A DNA stretch of 64,000 nt from a virus, in the IMG/VR virus record IMGVR_UViG_3300005529_000024, positions 1-64,000 of that record; one strand, given 5' to 3'. The translations under genes and the position numbers were made by a program. Position 1 is the stretch's first letter; each line of letters starts with the position of its first letter. The notes beneath the pieces are model-generated. The model made no database searches, had not been told where the DNA came from, and saw nothing but the letters and a program-made list of their open reading frames with translations. Of this stretch, positions 1 through 9,223 are shown piece by piece.

Positions 1-201
1 ATATATATCCCATATAGAATAGAGAAGGTAAAAGGAGTACCGAACTGTCTATTCCTATATCTTCATGATGAGGGGGATGAATACAGATATCCTTTCATAG
101 GTGGATTCTATTTAACCGAAGTCGTTAGGAAGATAGGATGGGAATCTAACTTCGGAACAAAGTCAGCCTTATTCGTTAGTAGAGAATCAATATCAGGAGC
201 A

Positions 202-432
202 TTGACTGAATACTATAGAGAAGGATTAGATAGACTCTCTCCTGTAGAGCCGGATGAATTGTTTACCAGAGTTGAATATATCAAAACCCATAGAGAGCCT
301 ATCATAGATTATAATAAAAGGATAGTAGAAGAAGATCTTAAAGCCCTAAGAGATATTGAAAAGAATCTCGAAAACATTAAGGAAGAAGTAATGAGATTAT
401 ATCATAGACTTGGTATGAAGTACGAGGGATAG
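202..432 (+). CDS. hypothetical protein (may be the 3' part of a gene starting before or near the window edge)
   Basis: ORF track; coiled-coil-like C-terminus. Confidence 0.45.
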   Translation: MTEYYREGLDRLSPVEPDELFTRVEYIKTHREPIIDYNKRIVEEDLKALRDIEKNLENIKEEVMRLYHRLGMKYEG

Positions 433-459
433 CTGCTTATCTTATACTAATTCTATATA

Positions 460-535
460 AATCAAGTACTTATGATATAGTGAGTATGGTTATTATGTAT
501 GTGTAGATAAGTTTATTAATGAAATCAATATGTTA
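460..535 (+). promoter_or_regulatory. two IHF-consensus sites in an AT-rich intergenic region
   Basis: AATCAAGTACTTA (460-472) and AATCAATATGTTA (523-535) both match WATCAANNNNTTR. Confidence 0.4.
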
Positions 536-626
536 TATTTAATTTTATAAAAGCTGTACTAAAACAGACTATATAAAGTGAAAATTTTAATTTACCACAC
601 TAATTTACGCTTTATATTCTCATAGG

Positions 627-869
627 GTGGAAATGCTTAAAAAAGTTATAGTTACATTAGAAGATGTTTTTACGCTCATAGATAAGATTGGTGAGCCAAC
701 GAGATTATCTGATATCATCTCCGCATTGGAGAAGTCAGGTCATCTCGATTTTACTTCCAAATCAATATTGGTCCAGACAGCCAAGAATGAAGGCTTGTCT
801 TTGGACTCAGTAATCAATCCTTATAAACCACAATCAAAAGATTGTATTAACAACAAGCTAGATGTCTAG
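627..869 (+). CDS. hypothetical protein
   Basis: ORF track. Confidence 0.55.
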   Translation: MEMLKKVIVTLEDVFTLIDKIGEPTRLSDIISALEKSGHLDFTSKSILVQTAKNEGLSLDSVINPYKPQSKDCINNKLDV

Positions 870-887
870 CTAATAATGGAGTAATTA

Positions 888-1697
888 ATGTCTAATAAGT
901 TTGAACGTTCAATGGCGAAACTTGCTGAGGCTTTGCTGGCTGGTGAAGCCGATCCCGCTCAATTAGAGAAGATGGTCGAAGCGGTTGTTCTTGGTGGGCA
1001 AGGTGGAGAAAAGGGTACTACTATTGCTGAGCCTGAAGATAAGACTGCTGATGCATCTGGAAAAGTAAATCATAAAGTTGGTGATAAGCCTGAAGCTGAT
1101 AAGGGTGTCAAAGCCAATGATGGAATCACTCAGAAGGTAGATTATTCCAAGACTGAGAAAGCTCCTGCTGGTCGTCCTTCTCCTATTGCTGAAATGGTAG
1201 AGAAACAGCTTGAAGAGAAAGCAAAGGGAAAGAAGAAGGAAGAACTGAAGAAGAAATTCGGTAAGAAGATGAATGAGGGGTATACCTCAGAAAACAACCG
1301 AAGACACAATAACGAAAAGTCTTATATCAAGCAAGAAGCTGGCGAAGAGAAAAAGGAAATGGCTGATGCCAGTGAGGTTGAAGCTTTCCTTGCTGAACTC
1401 TGGGCTTGTATTGCTGATAAGGCAAAGTCTGGTGAAGCTGATAAGAAATCCGAACTACTCGATTTGTTTGTTGATGTCGCTGAAGAAATGGCCGATATGA
1501 TCGGTGCTGGTTCTTCTCCTGAAGATCTTTCTGGTGCAATCAAGAAATGGAAAGAGATCTTCGATGGTGTTAAGGCTGCTCATGAAGGTGGGGATAAACC
1601 TGCCGGTGAGGAGAAACCCGCTGGAGAAGAGGAACCAAAAAAGGATGAAGAGCCGAAAGGCGAAGAGAAACCTGCTGACGAAGAACCAAAGGCATAA
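888..1697 (+). CDS. highly charged protein, possible prohead core/internal protein
   Basis: GGAG RBS; K/E-rich low complexity; C-terminal GEEKPA repeats. Confidence 0.6.
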   Translation: MSNKFERSMAKLAEALLAGEADPAQLEKMVEAVVLGGQGGEKGTTIAEPEDKTADASGKVNHKVGDKPEADKGVKANDGITQKVDYSKTEKAPAGRPSPIAEMVEKQLEEKAKGKKKEELKKKFGKKMNEGYTSENNRRHNNEKSYIKQEAGEEKKEMADASEVEAFLAELWACIADKAKSGEADKKSELLDLFVDVAEEMADMIGAGSSPEDLSGAIKKWKEIFDGVKAAHEGGDKPAGEEKPAGEEEPKKDEEPKGEEKPADEEPKA

Positions 1698-1700
1698 TAA

Positions 1701-1877
1701 ATGAGCGTCAAAGATTATATCGAGGATGACTTTAGAAAAGACAGAAATTGGAAACGATACGTTGATGAACTGTCCAAGTATTGTTCCAAACTATCAGAGC
1801 GGTATCCGGGTTATTCTGATGAGGATATAATCCATGCCCTATTATCTGATATCCACGATAAATCAAACGGTTCATAA
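1701..1877 (+). CDS. small protein with leader-like N-terminus (not in ORF track)
   Basis: Translated by hand: MSVKDYIEDDFRKDRNWKRY...DKSNGS, 58 aa, starts 3 nt after the upstream stop. Confidence 0.6.
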   Translation: MSVKDYIEDDFRKDRNWKRYVDELSKYCSKLSERYPGYSDEDIIHALLSDIHDKSNGS

Positions 1878-2058
1878 CGAGGTAATTGTGCATACGCAGA
1901 ATGTTGGTTATTTAGATGGCATCAAAGTAATTGAAATGAATAATCTATCCGTAGGTTATTATGTCGTTCGTGATAATCAACTGTGGTTCTATCCACCATT
2001 CATTGCTGAACAAATTTATGTTAACGGGAAAAGTCTATCAATGAACGGTTAGAAAATT

Positions 2059-2108
2059 AAAAAGAGCAAGTTAGGTCGGCAATTAAGCCCTCCTACCTTG
2101 CTCTTTTT
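2059..2108 (+). terminator. long hairpin with U-tract, probable intrinsic terminator
   Basis: AAAAAGAGCAAG...CTTGCTCTTTTT inverted repeat. Confidence 0.6.
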
Positions 2109-2169
2109 CCGTATCTTGGATGGTCCTACCTCATTGTAGGTCTCACGTCATTGTGAGGGAGTGTCGCCT

Positions 2170-2198
2170 TTGACACTTGCAACATTTGTAAGTATAGT
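2170..2198 (+). promoter_or_regulatory. sigma70-type promoter
   Basis: TTGACA-N17-TATAGT. Confidence 0.75.
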
Positions 2199-2231
2199 AG
2201 TTATTGTTTGTTTAGTCAAGGGAATATAGTA

Positions 2232-2477
2232 ATGAATCCAAAAGATAACCAAGGTAAAGATATCAGAGTAGGCAATCGTGTTGAATGCCTTAATCCTGAA
2301 GATGACAAACGTTGGGGTAGAGGTAAAGTAATAGGAGTTAATTCCCCGCGCAAGCTTTTACTTGTTTTATTTGATAAAGATTTATTTCATAGCGATCCAT
2401 TTAAAGTCTTTATGGGTAGGGATGTTATACTCTATACTTGGGAAATTGCATTAACAGATTTAAAAGTTGTTGAATAG
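2232..2477 (+). CDS. small SH3/KOW-like beta-barrel protein
   Basis: IRVGNRVE...GRGKVIG pattern; ATG at 2232 downstream of promoter. Confidence 0.55.
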   Translation: MNPKDNQGKDIRVGNRVECLNPEDDKRWGRGKVIGVNSPRKLLLVLFDKDLFHSDPFKVFMGRDVILYTWEIALTDLKVVE

Positions 2478-2655
2478 GGTAGATACGTCTACCTTATAGA
2501 GGTAAGTACTTTACCTCTTTTCTTCATGCAGCGAACAATGTCTTGCGGCTGGTCATGATCTGGTGTGCTGTATGAGGAATATAGTGGGGGTCTTATGGCC
2601 CCTACTATTCAATTTAATCTAACGAATGATGGGTGGATGCTAAACATTCATCCAT
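2478..2655 (+). ncRNA. candidate structured RNA (five consecutive hairpins with G-U pairs)
   Basis: Stems at 2478-2493, 2498-2518, 2520-2579, 2581-2608, 2629-2655. Confidence 0.4.
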
Positions 2656-2705
2656 GGTGGGGACCGACTTAGATTAATAAAACTAATTATAGGAGAATAA
2701 AATAA

Positions 2706-3032
2706 ATGGATATGACATTTGTAAATGGACTCATGCAAGCTCCTCCAGTCATGGTCGCACTTCAGTATGTTATTCTTGAAGTCTCAAAGCGTGGCTACGA
2801 GAAGTTCTTTCCTGCAATTCCCAATCAACTAATGCCTGCTCTTTCAATTATTCTTGGTGGGCTTCTCACATTGCCGACTGGTGGAAATCCAGTTATGGGA
2901 GCATTGATTGGTGCAGCAGCTTCTGGATTGCATGATCTAATTACTCCTCCATCTGGGATGGCTAATGTTCTTGCCAGTGTCCCAATGCCCCCTGTTCCTC
3001 CTGCACCTCCCTCTAATCCAGCAGGAAAATAA
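2706..3032 (+). CDS. holin-like membrane protein
   Basis: Hydrophobic segments, PALSIILG and GAAASGLHD typical of small phage holins; Pro-rich tail. Confidence 0.5.
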   Translation: MDMTFVNGLMQAPPVMVALQYVILEVSKRGYEKFFPAIPNQLMPALSIILGGLLTLPTGGNPVMGALIGAAASGLHDLITPPSGMANVLASVPMPPVPPAPPSNPAGK

Positions 3033-3035
3033 AAA

Positions 3036-3269
3036 ATGAAAATATTCCTCGTAGAGATCGGTATAGAGTATTGTGGGCCTACAGAGTATACTGCTTATAA
3101 GGATAAGAATGATGCCATGAAGTTTCTAGAGCGTTGTGGCTATGAATTAGAAGATCCTCATAAAGTAGATTATATCGCTCATATGACTTACATGTACTAT
3201 ATTAAACCGGGTGAAGCGGAAGAGGATATTAAACATTGGGCAACAATTAGAGAACTTATGGTGTATTAA
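3036..3269 (+). CDS. hypothetical protein
   Basis: ORF track, tightly packed. Confidence 0.6.
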   Translation: MKIFLVEIGIEYCGPTEYTAYKDKNDAMKFLERCGYELEDPHKVDYIAHMTYMYYIKPGEAEEDIKHWATIRELMVY

Positions 3270-3277
3270 AAAATTTT

Positions 3278-3556
3278 AGGTGGGTGCCGGAATGCTCGTT
3301 CTACGGAGTAAACGGATACCCGAACGCATAGGGTAGTTGTATAGGTTTGGAAGAATAAGTCCATGGAGCATATTAGGTAGCGACAATATGCAAGCGTGGT
3401 TATCCCGGTAGCTCAATAAAATATACTTAGTAGACGGGATATTGGAGGTAAACCCCTCCTGCTACTGTGACGATGGTAGGCCAACCATCTGAGTAGTATA
3501 GACAAATAATTCGCCTGAACTGATTACTTGCGAGGTTTAGCGCCTTGCCCCACCTA
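3278..3556 (+). ncRNA. tRNA-scaffold RNA with a ~194-nt structured insertion
   Basis: AGGTGGG/CCCACCT acceptor-like stem, CCG/CGG D-like stem, TACCC/GGGTA arm, GCGAGG-TTTAGCG-CCTTGC T-like arm; fills an ORF-free gap. Confidence 0.6.
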
Positions 3557-3575
3557 ATAATAATTTGAGATAATA

Positions 3576-4595
3576 ATGGCTTTAGATCCGATTGTAAACT
3601 TTGGAAAAGTAACTGCGTCAACAGGTTATATCAGTACTGATACAGTTATTGTTTTGAATAGTGGTGATGGCGCAAAGCTTCCTGCTACCAGTACAATACC
3701 TAACCCAGACTTTGGATACAACATGGTCTGGTGGAATTGGACTGACTTTGGAGATCCTTCTGATGATCCTAATGTAGAGATCATCCGAGTTACTGCTAGA
3801 TCAACTGATACTCTTACCATTGTACGAGGACAAGAAGGAACAACTGCTCAGGATCATAACACAGCAGGTAAGACGTATAAGCTCGCATTGACCTTCACAA
3901 AGTTAATGAAGGATCAGATTGAGAATAACTTTTATGAGACTCCATATGAGACATCCTTTCTTACCTTCAAAGATTTCTCAGGTAGCCGATTAGAAGATTC
4001 TTTCTATCAAAGTGGTGATGGTGCTATTATGCCGACTGGCGATAATAGTAGTACAGCCGATTTCTCAACAGGTAACTTCTATACTTCTTATGTCAATCTA
4101 TATGTATCCAACGTACTTGCTGGTCCGAATGGTTTAGATCTTGGTCAAGCTTTATCCGCAACTATTCCTCATAGATTTAAAGCTTATGCGACTCCTACTA
4201 AAACTGGTACTCCACTGACACAGAAGACTTTGACTATTGGGATGAACATTCTAGATGCGAATGTCATTCTTAACTTTTTTAATCATGGTTGTTTCTTTAG
4301 AGTTGATTCTACTTCTTCCGGTGTAAATATTTTCGCTGTCACTAAGAATGGTGGTGGAGATTTCAACGAACAAACTACAGATACTGGTATAGCTGATACA
4401 GCCGGAGTTGGACATACATTTGAAATCATAGCGACTTCCGCTCAAGCTTTATTTTACATTGATGGTGTTCTTGTAGCGACTCATACTACACATCTTCCTA
4501 CTCGGACCATAACTGCTTTCTTAACCATTGGGTCAAAGGATGCAAACGTAAAAGTAATGCAGGTACAGTGGTTGAAATTTTCTAGGCCGAGGTAA
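3576..4595 (+). CDS. virion structural protein, tail fibre/receptor-binding-like
   Basis: N-terminal EIIRVTARSTDTLTIVRGQEGT motif common in tail-fibre N-domains; C-terminal lectin-like FYIDGVLVATH. Confidence 0.6.
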   Translation: MALDPIVNFGKVTASTGYISTDTVIVLNSGDGAKLPATSTIPNPDFGYNMVWWNWTDFGDPSDDPNVEIIRVTARSTDTLTIVRGQEGTTAQDHNTAGKTYKLALTFTKLMKDQIENNFYETPYETSFLTFKDFSGSRLEDSFYQSGDGAIMPTGDNSSTADFSTGNFYTSYVNLYVSNVLAGPNGLDLGQALSATIPHRFKAYATPTKTGTPLTQKTLTIGMNILDANVILNFFNHGCFFRVDSTSSGVNIFAVTKNGGGDFNEQTTDTGIADTAGVGHTFEIIATSAQALFYIDGVLVATHTTHLPTRTITAFLTIGSKDANVKVMQVQWLKFSRPR

Positions 4596-4598
4596 ACT

Positions 4599-5153
4599 AT
4601 GGCAAACAATACAGACATTTATATCATCAAGACTGTATACAATGGGAATGCTGTAGCTTATAATCCAGGGGATTTAAGCGTAACGTTCTCTGCTACCATT
4701 GCGACTAACCCTTCTAAATATCTGACATCAACTGTGTCGGTTACTCCTGTTGCTGATTTAAATACATTTAATTTAAACATTATAGCAGCGATAAAAGCGA
4801 ACATACAAAATATCTTGGGTATCACTTATGTATCCACAGATATTATAAGCGTACATGGATTAACCCCCCTTATAAATAAAGGCACAGCAATATTGGATTT
4901 TAGTTCTACACCTTCTGATGAAGCATCTGTTGATGTAACGGGTCAGACATTTATATTGGCTACGTCACAATGTCAGGCATGGTTCTCTGGTGTCGTTTAT
5001 GGATCAAGCGATGAAATAGATCATCTGCAAGCTGCTCAGAAGATTGCTCTTGTATGTGGTGTTCCTACCGCTGGAGTTGGTTTCACAATATACGCAGATT
5101 GTTTACATGGTTTATACGCTGGTCAATTACAGGTAAATTGGAGATGGATATAA
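4599..5153 (+). CDS. putative tail fibre-associated structural protein
   Basis: Beta-rich, T/S/A/V-rich, in operon with fibre-like genes. Confidence 0.5.
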   Translation: MANNTDIYIIKTVYNGNAVAYNPGDLSVTFSATIATNPSKYLTSTVSVTPVADLNTFNLNIIAAIKANIQNILGITYVSTDIISVHGLTPLINKGTAILDFSSTPSDEASVDVTGQTFILATSQCQAWFSGVVYGSSDEIDHLQAAQKIALVCGVPTAGVGFTIYADCLHGLYAGQLQVNWRWI

Positions 5154-5154
5154 T

Positions 5155-6558
5155 ATGAGTAACTGGTTTACAAAACTAATCGGAAGCACTTCTGGTAATG
5201 TGGCTGAAGTTGATTCCAGTAATAATCTTAAAGTCATCATGCCTGTTGGTAGTGCTAGTCCTGCTAATGTGTGCTTATCAAATGATTCTGGTAGTGACTT
5301 CTTAGAGTTTGGATCTGATGGACGTGCTAAAGTTAGTATGGAGCAACTTCTTTTATTCGATCCATTTGATGGTGCTAACATAAATACAAACCTTTGGAAC
5401 CAGAGTTTAACCACTATGACTCTTTCACAGTCTAGTGGACTACTTACTTTGAACTCTGGTAACTCAGTCGCCGCTGGTGCTTTCGCTATTATTTATAGTA
5501 TAAAGATGCCTTTGCGATTAGTTGAATATCCTATCTACGGACAGTGGAAGTTCAAGATGAACTGGTTTGCAAACGCTGTTATAGAGTTTGGATTCGGTCA
5601 ACCTTCTGGGGCTACCGCTACTATTCCTGATGGTGCTTTTGTTCGTATTGATGCTACTGGTGTCGTTCGTGCTGTATTCTCTTTTGCCTCTACTGAATTT
5701 TCAACACAGATAGCTGCTGCTGGTACGCTCGTGAACGGTAGAGGATATTCTTTGGAAATCACGATGGTTGAAGATTCCATTAAAATAGACATCGCAGATA
5801 TGACCTCTGGTGGAGATGTTGTTTCTGCTGTTGTTCAGATCCCTTCAGGATTTGTTGAATATCCTGCTGTAACGCATCTTCCAGCTTTTACGAGGTTGTA
5901 TAATAGTACTGCTCCAGGTACTGCACCACAAGTCTCTCTTGGTTGTGTAAACGTACAGCAGATGGATCTTCTTGGTGGTAAGACATGGGGTGAGCAAATT
6001 GTACAGTTTGGTCGTGGTGCTTATCAATCTCCAGTCACAGCATTCGGTCAGACATCAAACCATACAAACTCAGCTAACCCTGGTAACGCTACACTTTTGA
6101 ATACTGCTGCCGGGTATACAACTCTTGGTGGTAGATATCAGTTTGCTGCTCCTGCTGGTGGTATAACGGATTATGCTCTTTTTGGATTCCAGGTCCCTGC
6201 TGGTTTTCAGTTGGTCGTAACAGGTGTGCGTATATCAGCGATTAATACTGGTGCTGCTGTTGCAACTACGGCTACTATATTAGATTGGGCTTTAGGATTA
6301 AATTCTAGCGCAGTTAGTTTGGGAACTGCTGATGGCTCTGGAACATGGGCACCTAGAAGGATACCAATCGGTACACAGGGTTTCATTGTTGGCAACGCTA
6401 TTGGGGTTGCTGCTCAAGATATCAATGCAACATTCCCGACTCCGTTAGTTGTGGACGGTGGGAGGTTCTTTCACGTTATCGTGCAAGTGCCAGTTGGTAC
6501 AGCCACAGCAAGCCAGGTAATACGTGGTGACGTAATGGTAAATGGATATTTCGAATAA
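5155..6558 (+). CDS. putative tail fibre/spike structural protein
   Basis: 467 aa, G/A/S/T-rich beta-sandwich composition. Confidence 0.55.
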   Translation: MSNWFTKLIGSTSGNVAEVDSSNNLKVIMPVGSASPANVCLSNDSGSDFLEFGSDGRAKVSMEQLLLFDPFDGANINTNLWNQSLTTMTLSQSSGLLTLNSGNSVAAGAFAIIYSIKMPLRLVEYPIYGQWKFKMNWFANAVIEFGFGQPSGATATIPDGAFVRIDATGVVRAVFSFASTEFSTQIAAAGTLVNGRGYSLEITMVEDSIKIDIADMTSGGDVVSAVVQIPSGFVEYPAVTHLPAFTRLYNSTAPGTAPQVSLGCVNVQQMDLLGGKTWGEQIVQFGRGAYQSPVTAFGQTSNHTNSANPGNATLLNTAAGYTTLGGRYQFAAPAGGITDYALFGFQVPAGFQLVVTGVRISAINTGAAVATTATILDWALGLNSSAVSLGTADGSGTWAPRRIPIGTQGFIVGNAIGVAAQDINATFPTPLVVDGGRFFHVIVQVPVGTATASQVIRGDVMVNGYFE

Positions 6559-6582
6559 TAATTTTTATAAAGGATAAAGGCA

Positions 6583-6744
6583 ATGGCTTTAACTATCCAA
6601 ACAATTAATCTTAACGTTTACGTACAGACAACTGATGGTGCAGTTTTTACGATGCAACCACCTGCTACTACAAATATTACAAATATAGTTGCTGCTTTAC
6701 AGGCATGGCTTGAATATATTGCTAGCTCCAATAGTGCTCTCTAA
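6583..6744 (+). CDS. small hypothetical protein (not in ORF track)
   Basis: MALTIQTINLNV..., 53 aa, AAGG RBS. Confidence 0.5.
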   Translation: MALTIQTINLNVYVQTTDGAVFTMQPPATTNITNIVAALQAWLEYIASSNSAL

Positions 6745-6760
6745 TAATTAGGAGTTCAAC

Positions 6761-6982
6761 ATGAGGCCAGAAAGCTTACAAAGAAAATCAAAAGGGCACC
6801 TTGGATTTACCATGTTCGAGGAGTATTTTCGTGGAGAGAATGGAGATATTTATTCTGCTCCTATTGATAGTATCGTTGATGTGTACGGATATCGTGATGG
6901 GTATGCGTTTAAATACACAAAGGATCAATGGGATAAATTTTACGAGAACATGACAAAATTTATCAAAAACCCTCATAACTAA
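6761..6982 (+). CDS. hypothetical protein
   Basis: AGGAG RBS. Confidence 0.6.
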   Translation: MRPESLQRKSKGHLGFTMFEEYFRGENGDIYSAPIDSIVDVYGYRDGYAFKYTKDQWDKFYENMTKFIKNPHN

Positions 6983-6993
6983 GGTTTTGTTAA

Positions 6994-7194
6994 ATGATAA
7001 CTTTTCAAAATAATGTATTGGATGAGACCCAGATTTTGGCTGTCACTGTAATTCAAAACTCTTCGAATCCATATGCTCTACAAATCTTATTCAGAGACGG
7101 ATATGTATTGGTTATTAACTTCAAAAGTAATAACCTTCTTACCGCTGCTTTGACTGCATTGATAAATGCAACAAAAGCGATAGCTGCTAAATAG
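6994..7194 (+). CDS. hypothetical protein
   Basis: ORF track. Confidence 0.55.
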   Translation: MITFQNNVLDETQILAVTVIQNSSNPYALQILFRDGYVLVINFKSNNLLTAALTALINATKAIAAK

Positions 7195-7197
7195 TTC

Positions 7198-7226
7198 TTG
7201 ACATAATAATTAAACCCTGCTATAAT
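7198..7226 (+). promoter_or_regulatory. sigma70-type promoter (perfect consensus, extended -10)
   Basis: TTGACA-N17-TATAAT with TG upstream of -10. Confidence 0.85.
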
Positions 7227-7254
7227 GCTAACAACATTATGGCGGGGTTTTTTT
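7212..7254 (+). terminator. intrinsic terminator overlapping the promoter -10
   Basis: AAACCCTGCTATAATG / CATTATGGCGGGGTTT 16-bp stem followed by T-run. Confidence 0.6.
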
Positions 7255-7508
7255 ATGTTTGCAGGCAAGGTATTCCTGAGAAGGAGATATTCACAAAGGG
7301 ATCTGTTGCAGCTTATGATGGCTAAGTCCAGGATTGAATCTTTCCTGAGCATGCTGATCTGGAACTCAGATTTATATGGACAGACTAAATCTCTTTTGAA
7401 TAATATAAATACGGAGATAACAAAAGCTCGTAAGTGTCTTAACTATCCAGTTTAGATGGGATGCCTTTTATTTCTTTTGGGTGCAACTGATTATAATAGG
7501 AGGATACC

Positions 7509-8042
7509 ATGAGTTCTCATAGCCTAAAGATGTTTGATTCAGATGTCACGGTAACGAGAAACATAGTCGATGTCGTATTCCCTCTGCACACTACAAGTTA
7601 TTGCGACGATGAGAATATTCGAAATCTATATGGAGAGCATAATCAATACGCATCTTGTCTCAGATGTTTCTTTCTGAGTAGGATCGGTAGGAAATTCGGA
7701 GAGGTAGAGATTTCTATTAGCCCTGTGCAGTCTGTAGTTAAACAAGAATTCAAACCAGTGTCTGAACCTGTAGAGGTGAAAGTTTCTAAACCAGATCCCT
7801 GTAAAAAGGAACAAAAGGTAAAAGCACAAAAGTCTGATACCTCTTTTGTTAGTACCTTTTCCATCGGGGATTATGTTGTTGTGAAAGCTCCTGGTAGCAG
7901 ACTGAAGGGGCATGTTGGCATTATTAAAAGTATTGCGCTGCGTAATCCGGTCAACACTGGATACTGTGTGGCTATCGGTGGACAGCAGCATGGTTTCTTT
8001 GAGGATGAATTAGATAAGGCAACTACATGTATAGGAGACTGA
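7509..8042 (+). CDS. hypothetical protein with C-terminal KOW/SH3-like domain
   Basis: FSIGDYVVV...KGHVGII...FFEDEL. Confidence 0.6.
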   Translation: MSSHSLKMFDSDVTVTRNIVDVVFPLHTTSYCDDENIRNLYGEHNQYASCLRCFFLSRIGRKFGEVEISISPVQSVVKQEFKPVSEPVEVKVSKPDPCKKEQKVKAQKSDTSFVSTFSIGDYVVVKAPGSRLKGHVGIIKSIALRNPVNTGYCVAIGGQQHGFFEDELDKATTCIGD

Positions 8043-8345
8043 ATGAGGTTTATCAAAAGACTCTTTAGGAGGATCTTCTGGATATTTAGTAACAATAATG
8101 ATGTCTGGATTCTGCATGCTGATTGTGTAACTGATTTCGGAGATCATGGAACCGTCTTTGCTGTCTTCGATGGCTCTATGTCTCGTGAAGATATTGCTGA
8201 GATTGCCAAGAGAATATGGCCTGCTGTTGCGATTACATATGAGCAGCGTTTCTTTACTTGCACTCTCTCTGGAGATACGATAAGATTTGGAAAGTTTTTT
8301 AAATCTAAACTTAATCAAGTCCACGAGATGTATGATTATTATTAA
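8043..8345 (+). CDS. hypothetical protein
   Basis: ORF track, abuts upstream stop. Confidence 0.6.
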   Translation: MRFIKRLFRRIFWIFSNNNDVWILHADCVTDFGDHGTVFAVFDGSMSREDIAEIAKRIWPAVAITYEQRFFTCTLSGDTIRFGKFFKSKLNQVHEMYDYY

Positions 8346-8354
8346 AGGAGAAAA

Positions 8355-8624
8355 ATGAAACTACTCTATGTACTTTGTTATTTAATCGTGTCTTATTGCT
8401 TTTATATTTACCAATTAGCTTGGTATAGTAGACGTAACCTTGATGACTTTATAGAGTATCCGGATATCCTCATCTTTAGCCTCTTATGGCCGTTTGTTTT
8501 TATCGGCATCCTTTATCTCTCCTTCATGCGACAACACGTCATCTCATTGTTTATCTGGCATACGAACACTGTGAAAAAATTATTACAGAAATATTATAAG
8601 GATAAGTATTACACCAGAGATTAA
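8355..8624 (+). CDS. membrane protein
   Basis: Two hydrophobic segments; AGGAG RBS. Confidence 0.6.
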   Translation: MKLLYVLCYLIVSYCFYIYQLAWYSRRNLDDFIEYPDILIFSLLWPFVFIGILYLSFMRQHVISLFIWHTNTVKKLLQKYYKDKYYTRD

Positions 8625-8770
8625 TAGGAAAGCTCCTTATGAGAGAATATAAATTTGTCAGAGCAGTAACTAAAGTAATCTATGAATCCGATCCTAGCCT
8701 TTCATGCTAGTATCTTCAGATTGACTCACTTGATGACATTGACATTGTGTTCAAGCTCAATAATAATATT

Positions 8771-9223
8771 ATGAAATCTTACAGTAATAAATTTTGGGAA
8801 GACGAACATAATAAAGCAGGTGTATCACAAGGTAACTTCATCAATATATCTCTGACTCCTCTTGTATTATTTTCTAAAAGACTGGATGGTATGTTTAAGG
8901 CACTTGAAGATAAACATATCATATTAGCCAACCAGAATGGTGGGTATTGCTTCAGAGATAAGAACATGGTGATACTTGAGGAGCGAACATCTAACAAGTT
9001 AGTTTTCCCAGAGCTTCCAGTGAATGGTAAAGAGCCTGAAGAACAAATCACTATTTCTAAATGGTACAATGGAATACACTGGTATCTGAAAAGTAATAAG
9101 AGAACATTCAATAAGAAGCATAACAGTCTTGAAAGTGCGAAGAAGAAAGCACTTGAGTTTGTTACTGAATCGCAGATTAAAATTGATCATGGCAGGTATC
9201 AATATAAACATGATGGCGACTAG
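8771..9223 (+). CDS. hypothetical protein
   Basis: ORF track (ATG at 8771). Confidence 0.6.
   Translation: MKSYSNKFWEDEHNKAGVSQGNFINISLTPLVLFSKRLDGMFKALEDKHIILANQNGGYCFRDKNMVILEERTSNKLVFPELPVNGKEPEEQITISKWYNGIHWYLKSNKRTFNKKHNSLESAKKKALEFVTESQIKIDHGRYQYKHDGD

Noticed and set aside
3340-3515. RNase P RNA-like words (AAGTCCATG, GGTAAACCCCTC, TAGACAAATAAT)
   Set aside because: The 3' P4 strand (ACAGAA...GGCTTA) is missing and the GGTAAACC word sits in a local hairpin; kept only as an unclassified RNA.
3278-3556. tmRNA or group I intron-containing tRNA
   Set aside because: No G3-U70 alanine identity, no tag frame ending in an Ala-rich peptide, and no recognisable P7 (R/S) elements.
7225-7254. 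ORF start at 7225
   Set aside because: The ATG lies inside the promoter -10 box and terminator stem; any real start is further downstream.
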